Counted from the stretch's first letter, positions 12,601-24,600 are shown. The stretch: 64,000 nucleotides of DNA from Yuukianura sp. NJ FZ-2021 (GCA_046563655.1 CM102286.1:1984001-2048000); one strand, 5' to 3'. Program-made: numbers and translations. The notes: a model not told the origin generated them from the sequence alone.

Positions 12601-15600
12601 AGACCTTGCTAAGTCCCTTGAAGAGAAAAATTTTTACTGTGAAACAGACCTTGCTAAGTCCCTTGAAGAGAAAATTTTTTACTGTGAACCAGACCTTCCT
12701 AAGTCCGTTGAAGAGAAAGATTTTTACTGTGAACCAGACCTTGCTAAGTCCCTTGAAGAGAAAATTTTTTACTGTGAACCAGACCTTCCTAAGTCCCTTG
12801 AAGAGAAAATTTTTTACTGTGAACCAGACCTTGCTAAGTCCCTTGAAGAGAAAAATTTTTACTGTGAACCAGACCTTGCTAAGTCCGTTGAAGAGAAAAT
12901 TTTTTACTGTGAACCGGACCTTGCTAAGTCCCTTGAAGAGAAAAATTTTTACTGTGAACCAGACCTTGCTAAGTCCCTTGAAGAGAAAATTTTTTACTGT
13001 GAACCAGACCTTGCTAAGTCCCTTGAAGAGAAAATTTTTTACTGTGAACCAGACCTTGCTAAGTCCCTTGAAGAGAAAAATTTTTACTGTGAACCAGACC
13101 TTGCTAAGTCCCTTGAAGAGAAAAATTTTTACTGTGAACCAGACCTTGCTAAGTCCCTTGAAGAGAAAAATTTTTACTGTGAACCAGACCTTGCTAAGTC
13201 CCTTGAAGAGAAAATTTTTTACTGTGAACCAGACCTTGCTAAGTCCCTTGAAGAGAAATTTTTTTACTGTGAACCAGACCTTGCTAAGTCCCTTGAAGAG
13301 AAAAATTTTTACTGTGAACCAGACCTTGCTAAGTCCCTTGAAGAGAAAAATTTTTACTGTGAACCAGACCTTGCTAAGTCCGTTGAAGAGAAAAATTTTT
13401 ACTGTGAACCGGACCTTGCTAAGTCCCTTGAAGAGAAAAATTTTTACTGTGAACCAGACCTTGCTAAGTCCGTTGAAGAGAAAAATTTTTACTGTGAACC
13501 GGACCTTGCTAAGTCAGTGGAAGAGAAAAATTTTTACTGTGAACCAGACCTTGCTAAGTCCCTTGAAGAGAAAAATTTTTACTGTGAACCAGACCTTGCT
13601 AAGTCCCTTGAAGAGAAAATTTTTTACTGTGAACCAGACCTTCCTAAGTCCGTTGAAGAGAAAGATTTTTACTGTGAACCAGACCTTGCTAAGTCCCTTG
13701 AAGAGAAAATTTTTTTACTGTGAACCAGACCTTGCTAAGTCCCTTGAGGAGAAAATTTTTTACTGTGAACCAGACCTTGCTAAGTCCCTTGAAGAGAAAA
13801 TTTTTTACTGTGAACCAGACCTTGCTAAATCCGTTGAAGAGAAAATTTTTTCTGTGAACCAGACCTTGCTAAATCCGTTGAAGAGAAAATTTTTTCTGTG
13901 AACCAGACCTTGCTAAGTCCGATCGAACGATCAACGGGTCTTGCAGAAATTAAAAAAAAAATTTTTTAAAGCTCGTTATTATTGAGTACGTTTTCCCCTC
14001 CATGTTTACAAGTTTTTGTGAAGTTGTGAGACTGCAAAATAGCGTCACGTTGTTAAGACAGAGAAACGAGCGCCCTCTATTGGTACTGTAGGGACAACTC
14101 TTCCACTTCTCATCTTTTCATTACCAAGTCAAAAGCCAGGAAAAAACACAAACTCAACCACAACTAATTAATTGAATTTTAACTGAAGTTAGGGACTCCG
14201 AATCATCTCAAACTTAGTACTAATCAACTCCTAATCGAAAGTTGATTAGTACTAAGCACAATTAGTATCAGCTGCTATTTCCTCTGTTGTTTGAAATTAG
14301 GGAATGAGTGTATGGATGAGATTGCCTTTTTCATGGGAGAAGGCAGCTACAGGCAATCTTCCATACACTCGGGACCCAGTCATGCTGCCGGATCAAGAAG
14401 ACGTCACAGGTACGGTGGACAGTGGTGAGATAACTTGCCTGCCACCAGATGGTTCGAATGTTGGAGCTAACCTGACATTCTCGTAGGGCTCGGCGGATTA
14501 GGGTTCGGCGTTTTCGTTTCATTCCGTTTCCGTTTTCGTAAAGTACCGTTTCGTTTTCGTTTCATTTACCGTTCAATCTACGTGGTTTTCAATTAGAGTT
14601 TTCTCATTTGGTTTTTCACAATTGGTTTTCACATTAAGTTAACGAGTTGAGCGCGGGAAAGCGGCGCGGCGCGGTTTTCTCTTTTGGTTGTTTGGTTTGA
14701 ACTCACAACATCTCAGTCTCATGTCACGGGGTTGGTGACCCTTTAAATTGCTGTGTACCGCGGCATGAATTATTGGTAGTTAGTACTGGTTGGTTCGTGT
14801 GGAGTGTTGGTTGGTGCGGCACTGGGGTGCGGGATTCTGGATTTTCGGGCTGGAGTACTCGAGATCAATAACGGGCTGGAGTAGCTGATCAACTGAGGCC
14901 AAATTCTATCTACTACTACCAGAGGTAAAAAGGGGGGTCAAGTCGTGACCTCGAGTGACCGGTCGGCCCTTGGAAGGGAAGAAACCCCCTTCTAAGGTGA
15001 AACTGCTAAGGGCCCGGGAAAAAACGTAAGGATAGGAACGGAAACGGGGGGTTCAAAGTAGAGCGGAAGAGAAGTCCCTTAATTTAACCACTACGAAAAT
15101 TCCTTATCTTACAACATGGGGGCTCAGACGGGAATCCTTAAGCGGTAGATCGGTCAGACGAAGAGATGTCAGAGTTCAAGGCCAAACAATGATTTGTCCA
15201 CTACGCGCGTAAAGTCAAAGTTAAAGTCAAAAGATGGAAAGGAGGTCGCGCAGAGGTAGAGCGCAGGGAAATGGTTGTGCTGAGGCAGTGACCCGGACAA
15301 AAAAGATGGCTGACAAAGTACCGCAAGTGGATCGGAAAATTTTGAACCGGAGAGATTGCCCTCTGCCGAAGTTTGATGGAAGCTACTGCGTACAACCGTA
15401 CGAGTATTTGCTGAAACTGGAACGATACATGCAGGTTTGGGGAATCTGCGAAGAGGACATGATGGAGCAAGTACTTCCGGTCGCATTCTCAGGGAGGGCT
15501 GCAATTTGGTACCAATTCATTTACAAGATCCTGGACAGTTGGAGTACGTTTCGGTCAGAATTCCGGCGCAAGTTTGAACCGCCAGGCTACCAGCGTGAGC

Positions 15601-18600
15601 TGAAGAGAGCACTTCTGGATCGCTACCAAGGCAGAGAAGAAAAGTTGACCGATTATGTGCTGACAATGTGCTCACTATTCGACAAATTGGAAGTTGCACC
15701 AAGTGAAGAACAGAAGGTCATGCAGGTCATTGAACTGATGAACCCAGAATCGAGAGAAAGACTCAGATGGATCGGCCAACGCTTTGCAGACACAAGGGAA
15801 CTGTACAAAGCAGCCGAAGAAGTTGAAAGAAGAATTGCTCTGGACAGTATGTACCATGAGCCAACAACATTCAATGTCATTGACCCTGGACTCTCCTACC
15901 ATGGGAGTAATCATTCCACAGACGCTGATTCTGGATGGATTGACAGGCATGGACGGAAGGCTCGAGGTCAGAGGGAGAAGTCAAGTTTTGGCGGGGCTTC
16001 TCAAGGGCTTTCAAGGCAGTGGGGGAATGGTATAGACCCAAAGGAATTGGCAGTTCCTGTGGACTCGTACGTTGGCGATTCGTCGGCGGTATCGTTTGCT
16101 CCTATGTCTTCGGAAATTCAGAGTGGGATCTACAAGGGAATCACGAGTGAGCGCCCTACTGTAGGAAATGATTGGAAGGGCGGTGATGAGCCTCGTACTC
16201 ATGCGCAGACCCAGGAGTCTGGCACGACGGTGGTTCTCGCTTCACACTCTTCGACGCTTGAAACTGGAATGGACATGGAGCAAGAATCTTTGGAAGATTC
16301 TGAGGTTGATTACTGTGGACTGATTGATGCCTTTGAGAATTGCACAAGCCTTTCATCGAGCCAAGACGAAGTTACTTCGGAAACTCTGACTCGAGGGACG
16401 GAAGTTTCATGTTTCCTGTTGGATTCTCCAGAAGAAAGCCATTGTCAGTTTGGAACGGCGGCATTGGGCGACAAAACTTCTGAAGTTTGGGAAGAGATTA
16501 CTGGAACTTTTGGCTGCAATTACGAAGAATGCATCGCCACAGAAATTGACGACTGGGAAGACTGGGAGGAAGTGTCTGTTGTCAGTACCGAGGTTATCAC
16601 AGATTCCGGAGTAGCTGTCATGTCACTGTCCAGCATTGAACCGTGTCGCGAGAAAGTGGTGGACAAAGGCACGCAACCGCAGCGCTTAAATTTAAATCAA
16701 TTAAATGACTACACCGATCATGACTCTAATGCTCGTCTTTTCTCTGAGTTCCAGACAACTCAGTTGGACATGGACAGACGGAAACGAGCTATACTGGATT
16801 TGACTAAGACGACGGCGCGTTTTCCCAGAGATGGATTCGTGCAGAGGAAAAGAGATGGGACTTGGCCTTTCCGAGGAAAGATGCAACTGGATGTGGACTG
16901 GAAATGGAAAGATGGCCGCCAGAAACGGAGACTGTTGTCTGGACGAGTCACTGCGGAAGGAGAAGACCCTGGAGGCTTCTGCCTGTAATCGAATTGGAAT
17001 GAAAACTGGATTGGACATTGGAGACGGTGAGTGAAACGTACTCTGATTCTAGAAAATGATTCTAGCTACAATACTGGTACTGTAGGTTCATGAGGGTGCG
17101 TTTTGTATTCTGGGCTAACGTATTGTGCAGTGTTTAAACAAACTGAAACAATTCGAAATGAAGCAAAAATCGGACTTGTCAATGTGTTCTAGATATTTTT
17201 AAACATTGTTTTGGCTGTTCTGAACATGTTCTAGACATTGCTAGTTTGTTCTGAACATGTTCTAAACATCGCTAGCTTTGTTTTGAACATGTTTTAAACA
17301 CCGCTAGCTTTGTTCTGAAAATGGCCTGAGTCTGAATATAAGGTTGCGGTGATCAAAATTTGTTCTGAAAGAATTAGCGAATTTGAATTGCTACTTTTGT
17401 TGTTTGTCACCAGCCCCACAGTCAGAATACGTTCCTGAGACATGTTTTGCGGAATTGCAAAAAATACTGTAGAATGGATTCTAGAAGTTCCGCTACAGTC
17501 TAGAATACGTTTCTAGAATCAGAGTACGAAAAACTCACCGTCTCTATTGGATTACCTACTACTGGATACCCTCCCTTGTAAATTTTTCGTTTTCGTCCTA
17601 AAAGAATTTTTGTCCCCGTAGTTTTAATCACAAATTAATTTTTCTTTTGAATTTTTGGAAATGTTAAAGCTCAAGTTAAATCTAGAAGTTAAGATTACTT
17701 GTAAATATTTTAAAATGGAAATGGGAAGTGGGTCAGAGAGAGAAAAACTGAATAAGAAGTGTACTGACCGCTTCGTGGCTTTGTGAGGGGGGATGTTGTG
17801 AGACTGCAAAATAGCGTCACGTTGTTAAGACAGAGAAACGAGCGCCCTCTATTGGTACTGTAGGGACAACTCTTCCACTTCTCATCTTTTCATTACCAAG
17901 TCAAAAGCCAGGAAAAAACACAAACTCAACCACAACTAATTAATTGAATTTTAACTGAAGTTAGGGACTCCGAATCATCTCAAACTTAGTACTAATCAAC
18001 TCCTAATCGAAAGTTGATTAGTACTAAGCACAATTAGTATCAGCTGCTATTTCCTCTGTTGTTTGAAATTAGGGAATGAGTGTATGGATGAGATTGCCTT
18101 TTTCATGGGAGAAGGCAGCTACAGGCAATCTTCCATACACTCGGGACCCAGTCATGCTGCCGGATCAAGAAGACGTCACAGGTACGGTGGACAGTGGTGA
18201 GATAACTTGCCTGCCACCAGATGGTTCGAATGTTGGAGCTAACCTGACATTCTCGTAGGGCTCGGCGGATTAGGGTTCGGCGTTTTCGTTTCATTCCGTT
18301 TCCGTTTTCGTAAAGTACCGTTTCGTTTTCGTTTCATTTACCGTTCAATCTACGTGGTTTTCAATTAGAGTTTTCTCATTTGGTTTTTCACAATTGGTTT
18401 TCACATTAAGTTAACGAGTTGAGCGCGGGAAAGCGGCGCGGCGCGGTTTTCTCTTTTGGTTGTTTGGTTTGAACTCACAACATCTCAGTCTCATGTCACG
18501 GGGTTGGTGACCCTTTAAATTGCTGTGTACCGCGGCATGAATTATTGGTAGTTAGTACTGGTTGGTTCGTGTGGAGTGTTGGTTGGTGCGGCACTGGGGT

Positions 18601-21600
18601 GCGGGATTCTGGATTTTCGGGCTGGAGTACTCGAGATCAATAACGGGCTGGAGTAGCTGATCAACTGAGGCCAAATTCTTTCTGCTACTACCAGAGGTAA
18701 AAAGGGGGTCAAGTCGTGACCTTGAGTGACCGGTCGGCCCTTGGAAGGGAAGAAACCCCCTTCTAAGGTGAAACTGCTAAGGGCCCGGGAAAAAACGTAA
18801 GGATAGGAACGGAAGGGTGGGTTCAAAGTTAGAGCGGAAGAGAAGTCCCTTAATTTAACCACTACGAAAATTCCTTATCTTACAAAGTTGCTCATAGCAA
18901 CGAATTTTTGGCGTTTCCTTTCTGGTGGTACACCCTGTATATCCAAAAGTTGAATTTCAGCTGAATTTTTCAAAATTCCAATCCCTCAAAAAGTAAGTGT
19001 GCAAGAACTTTTTAACTTTTGCAATAATAACTACAGATTTCAATTGGAACGGACAGACCGACAATATTTTTCATACATTAGCACTTTCACTTCGAATCAA
19101 CAAATGGAATTAAATTATTTTCTTGGCAACGATATACGCCCTTTTACGTCTAAGCCCCTCAATTGGAAAAAAGAATAAACAAAATTGGTGTACAATTGGT
19201 GCAATAAGTTTGAAGTAAGATTTTTGGAAACACAGACTTATTGGGCAACCTGTTATAGAAAATACAATTCTGTTGTCAAGGAACCTTGGACAGGCAATAG
19301 GGTGTTTATCAGAAGTTTTACGGTAACATTTGCATAAGTTAGGCCTACATTTATATGGGTCAAAAACACTAGAGATTCTTTTGACAAGATTCCGTTGCTT
19401 TTTGATGTCTCGCTTTCGCTTTTCTCTTGTCTCTGCTTTCGCCTCTGCGTATTACAAAATTTTGGAAAATAGAAGTAAACTTGTGGTTGGAAGCGATTAT
19501 AATTATCCTGTCCTTTCATCATCAGTTTGTCGCTCCCGGTTTTGTTTAGTGTTGGACCAGAGGGTGTTTTAGTCTTCTAGTCATATTCTTCACAGATTAT
19601 CAGCTCAAAACTACCCGCCATTTCATTTTCCCTTTCATCTCTTTACTCCCTGCTTTCTCTCTTACAATGTGATCCAGTTCTGCAGAGACAGAGGAGTCAA
19701 GTTCCAAAAAGCATTTGAAAGCTCCTCTCGGAATGTCAAAAGCTGATAACGTAGCCGTCCACGTCCAAAATTCAAATTTTGCGCCATATTTTCCCTGGGG
19801 CATTTTGAGATCTAGAGTTGTGCGCGTCTCAAAGTTGTATCCTTCCAAGTCATTTCAATATCTTTCATCCTGGACATCGTTACTTTTCACTTTCAAAAAG
19901 CACTTTCTTTATGTGATGCTGAATTTTGAATTTCAATTGAAATAATATCGAGACAAGAACGTACGAGTCGAAGTTTCCCGCAAAAGTTATATTTTTTCAG
20001 CTGAAGATTCAGAATTTTGGAGAAATTGAATCCAGAAACTTAAACATTTTTTGAATTTTTTAATGAGCTGACTCTTCAACTGTCTTGGAAGAACAACAAT
20101 AATTTGAAAATAAGAATTCTGTTTCTACAAAATTTACTTTTACTCATTTCAATAAAAAAAAGTTTGTCACAATTCAGGGTACGCCGATTCCTCTGTTTTT
20201 GTCGGATGTCTCACAAACTTTGGCGGTGGATAACTCAAATTTTTCAAAATTAAGAAAAAAACATTCATTTTAATTGAATTATTTTATGCTTGGAAGTTTT
20301 TTGTTGTTTTTTTTACTTCGTCCCCACTTTTAAGCGGGGATCCAGTTTACCCTGATCAGAAAAACAGAAAGGACTTGAACGTTAGTTTCTTAATGAGCGA
20401 GTACTTGGGGTAGTCTTGTTTTTTAGTTTTCAACTTTAAGTTTTGAAAACAGAAGTTTTACTTAAAAGTCTTCTTAAATTGAAGGCGCATCTGGAACTTT
20501 CTAGTGTTTATTGACTTTCTAAGATTCTTAGTCTTGAGTAACATTAAGACAGTCTCCAAAGTCTGCTTTACTCAAGGATTAGTCAGCTCCTCTTTTCCCA
20601 AAAACACAGTTTTCTTATGGAGATCTGCTTTTAATGTTCAATTGAAGCAGCCACTTCCTCGTCTGTCGTCGTTTCCTTGATTAACCAAAATTTTGCTTTT
20701 CTAAAACAGAAGAAGCGGAAAGCAGCAAAGAAAAGACAACGGCAGCTGCTTCTGTCTTGCTCAGCTTGCTGTTCCGAATGAATGAAAAGTGTTACATTTT
20801 TTTCAGAAAACGATTTTCAAAACAAGAATTGAACACATGATTGAAAATTTAGAAAATCACAGAGTGAGTCGGATTGGCAAATCAAAGTGAAGTGAATAGG
20901 GCATTTGTTGCCTTGTTTTGAAAATAGACGGCTATATTGACCTCATTTGGCCTTATTTAAACCAGAGTTTGTTTTATCCCAATTTGAAAATGATGGCGTT
21001 CTGTTCTAAAATTGCAAAATAAAATTGGTTCATGAACCACATGCTGCAACTACGTTCTTTTGGTTGAAAATCTTGAAACCACTTCATGATAAGTATACAC
21101 AGAACATACTTTGAAGTGTTTCGTAAAAACATATTTTGGAAAAGCTATATTTACCAAATCCTAGTCATTATGCACACTTCAATGCATTTTATCATCAAAA
21201 GTCGAAACCAAAAAATTTCTCAAAAAGGAGAGGAGAAAACCTTTTTTATAGTACAAAGAAAATTACTGACCTAAAAATGAAATTTGGCTTTTTCCTTCCA
21301 AAATTTTTAGGCTAAAACGCTAAACAATAAGTCAATGCTACATGTAAAGCCAACCTAAAAAAAATGTTTTCAACAGATTTTGAAATTGAATTTAATTTAT
21401 TTTTTCATTTTATACAGGGATTTGGAAAACAATAAAATCAGCAGCTTGGAACCCGGTTGGATCAAAAATGTTGAAATCAACTACTTGTAAGTCTATTTTT
21501 TTTCCAAATTTTAATGAAATTGTTTTATTGCCTGGTTTTTATAGCGCTTAAGTTTTTTCTTGAATGTAAAAAACAAAGTAAACTAACAAAACTAAAAAGA

Positions 21601-24600
21601 ATTTTTTTTCAAGAATACTTTAGTTTCTCTTCAAAATCTGCAAATCGAAGTCTCTTTTTGTTAGTGTGTCACTGACCCGATTTGACCTAGGTCAACAGTG
21701 AACTTTTTGGAAAAGAAAGTGCCATAAAAATGCAGTGAGAACTGGAAAGAAAAGTACAAAAAGTGAAAGCAATAAACCCATTGCACTCCAATAATTCAGT
21801 AGACTTTTCTCCTTTCTCCCACAGTGAATCATGCATCCATTTCATTTTATAGCACTTTCGTTTCTACTAGTCAACACAAGTCCATATCACATTTACAATC
21901 TTTGATTTAAGACCCAAGTAACTTACTGTACCGTCTTATAACTTAGTTTTTGCTCTAATTTTAAAAAAATCCGATTTTCTTTGTGATGCATAGTACATAT
22001 CTCACAAAACGTTGACTTTTAATTTAAAATAATGCTAACTTATGTTAACAAAGAAATTTCTTTGACAGATCTCTGAGCTACAATCGATTGGAAGAAATCG
22101 GGCCAAATGCATTCAGTGGGTCAACAATTTCCAGACTGTAGGTTTAGCCAAAGCATAAAATTTGAAACCAGAAAAGTTTTTCTTGTATTTGTTTTTATGA
22201 AATGTAAAATTTCGAAAGTGCTGACGCTGTTTGTTGTTTGTTTTTGGGAAGAACGCTGAAGGGGAACCATGGTTTGGTTCATCTCCATCCAGATGCATTT
22301 TCTGGAATCCAGCACCTCTCTGAAATGTAAGTTTTTTTTTTGAAAAAGTCTCCGACAAGGCCACTTCGAAGGACTTGAAGTTGACAGGGAGGACAGTGTG
22401 ACGCAATTTTTTGATTTTCAAAAAAAAAAAAAACTTTTTTTTTCTTTTTTAAAAAGCCAATTTGAAGGGGATTGTTCCGACACTACTATGGAGTCCTTCA
22501 AAATCTTGAACAAAGAATGCTATAAAGGTTCTTTACTTTTTAGCAACTTCAGCGAGTACTGCGCATCCTTTTCGTTTTTACAATAGAAGAAAATTTAGGA
22601 TTGATTTTTGTTGTCCTTGACAACCACACTATAAAGTTACGCTACAAATTTTCCAGTTGAATAGGACATATGGATACCCTTTTTGTGTCTCGCTTCTTTC
22701 TCCAGAAACAAAAACAGTTTTCATGTTCTTCCCGAGAAAAACAAACCTTGAGACAAATTCTATACTCAGATTTTGTTTTCGTTTTTCGTAAAGTTTTAAA
22801 ATATTTTCCAGTTCCGTACATATCAGTTCACTTTATCGATCAATGTCAATCTGTCGAAACGAATTTTCCAAAAATAGCGTCTGCGTATCAATTTCTTCAT
22901 TACGAGCCATGGCATATAACATGACTCAAGGATTGGTCGCATAATTTTACAATTTTTACTTAATCTTGGATAATCTTTCTACAACAGGATGTCCAATAAC
23001 TCGAGGTTTTCAATTTTGTGCAACAATTTTCAAAAATGAAACTGGTACATCTAGATCTCGCTTTCTATGGCAATTTTGTCTTCTTTTTTTTGTTCTTTGT
23101 GGTAGTAGCCGACAAGTTAGAAAAAATTGGAGGAAACAGAAATGAAGTACAAAGTTGTTTCCTTTCAAAAAATTTGAAGCAGGACAACTTGTTGTAAAAA
23201 TTACAATTCGGATGTCAAGGAACCTTGGACTACATGGTCAAAGGTCAAAGACCCAAAACTGGGTCGTTCCGCGTAAATGACCTCCGTGAGACCTTGTTAG
23301 CTAACCTTAAGGAAGGTGTTGGGTGACAAATTGAAGTATAAATATACTGCCAATACTGCTCGCCTCAAGTTCTAAAGGCTGTAATGAAACTTAATCTTAT
23401 GAGAAAAAGGAGATGGCTGGAGATGTGCCGAGAATGATTGATTTCTCCGCCACTTTTACCATCTTGTGCAAATAGGATTTGAGTTTTCCCGCGCTTCCAG
23501 TTTCCGCTTTGCCAAAGGCAGGAGAAACTGAAGATTGTGTTAGTATAATAGGAATATCCTATTAGGAATGTCGTCTATTGTACTACTAGGCTAGAAGAAC
23601 GCCGAAGCGTTTAGTTCAACGGACGATCACATTCTTTCAATTTTTTTCACACTTGACAGGTTTCACTTTTGGTGAAACACCAAAATTTCGACACGTGATA
23701 TCCCATAGTTCATTTTCTTTTTACTTTTTCAAGCAAAAACAAAGTTTAGCGGCAAACTTTCTTCAAAAAAATTGGCTGTTGAAGTTTCTCCTAAAACTTT
23801 TAGTTCTTTCCAACCTAATCTAATTTTTATAGGTTTCAGGTTTGAAGTTTTGAGTTTCTTCTAGTAATAACTTTCTTTGACTTGAAGGTATACGTTTTTT
23901 TTTTCAAAAAATTTTTTCTGTAATATTATGTTAGAAAGTATAAACTCAATAAACTTTTCACTTTTCTAGTTTCTCCTAATAATTTCATTTTTTGACAAAA
24001 AGTGAAGGCTACACAGTAATCAATTTTTAATCAATTACCTTCCCGTCGTAGTAAGAAGTTTGTTCCACCGTGTCACAAAACCTAACAAAAATTTTCAAAT
24101 CGAAAGTTTTTTTAATAATTTTAATTTTTAATCTTTTTTGAAAATTTGTAGACACAAGTTACTCTAATTTCAGTTTTTTGAATTTTTAAAACCGGGTGAA
24201 ATTTATAGTTTGAGCGAACGTGAGAAGTGGAAAAGTTTTCGAGTACAAATGTTTGGGTTTTGAAATTTTTGGAAAATTAGGATAACTGGTAAAGCGATTT
24301 GTCAAATTTTGAACTAAAATGCGGAGGATGTGAGGAGTTTTTAGTTTTGAAATTGAAATTTATCGAGTGTTGTCGGTTGGTCCCAAGAGACATTCAAGCC
24401 GTTTTATACTAGCACTTTTATAGTAGGAGGCACTGTAACATTATATTTTTAAATCTGGCGCTAAAATGACACTAATCGCATGCGTTGATTCAATTTTAAA
24501 AATGATTTGCTTGTTCTACTTTTCAGTGATTTGTCGGAGACAGCCATCACACATCTTCCAATTCAAGGACTTCAACACATTGACAAGCTTCGACTTCAAA

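Larger units (their letters stand above)
14025..18884 (+). mobile_element. Gag-only (non-autonomous) Ty3/Gypsy-type LTR retrotransposon, 4.86 kb
   Basis: Two TG...CA LTRs (14025-15113, 17797-18884); AAGT TSD (14021-14024, 18885-18888); PBS at 15117; PPT at 17785; a single gag ORF and no intact pol. Confidence 0.93.
10317..19160. mobile_element. Non-autonomous Sola-like DNA transposon (GAG...CTC termini, 4-bp AATT TSD) carrying nested insertions
   Basis: 35-bp TIR GAGGGGCTTAGACGAAGAAGGGCGTATATCGTTGC at 10317 versus GCAACGATATACGCCCTTTTACGTCTAAGCCCCTC ending at 19160 (2 mismatches); AATT at 10313-10316 and 19161-19164. No transposase ORF seen. Superfamily assigned from termini and TSD only. 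Confidence 0.8.
10131..19291. mobile_element. Old non-autonomous TIR (MITE-like) element, split by nested insertions; own sequence about 10131-10312 and 19165-19291
   Basis: TTCTACAACAGGTTGTCCAATAA (10161-10183) is inverted to TTATTGGGCAACCTGTTATAGAA (19238-19260), 21/23 match, with weaker pairing outward. An uninterrupted diverged relative lies at about 22977-23230. Confidence 0.65.

Noticed and set aside
10918..13901. Long ORFs (259, 313, 735 aa) across the 45-bp array
   Set aside because: Artefacts of a stop-free unit whose length is divisible by 3; open on both strands, with frameshifting indels and no real start context.
10921..13920. CRISPR array
   Set aside because: Head-to-tail monomers with no unique spacers, no cas genes, and a eukaryotic context.
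15234..16988. Domesticated Arc gene
   Set aside because: The ORF is still flanked by near-identical LTRs, PBS, PPT and a TSD, so it is part of a recently mobile element.
14304..18294. Duplicated 60-63 aa ORFs at 14304/18076 and 14331/18103
   Set aside because: They fall inside the two LTRs; duplication is explained by LTR identity and no domain is recognisable.
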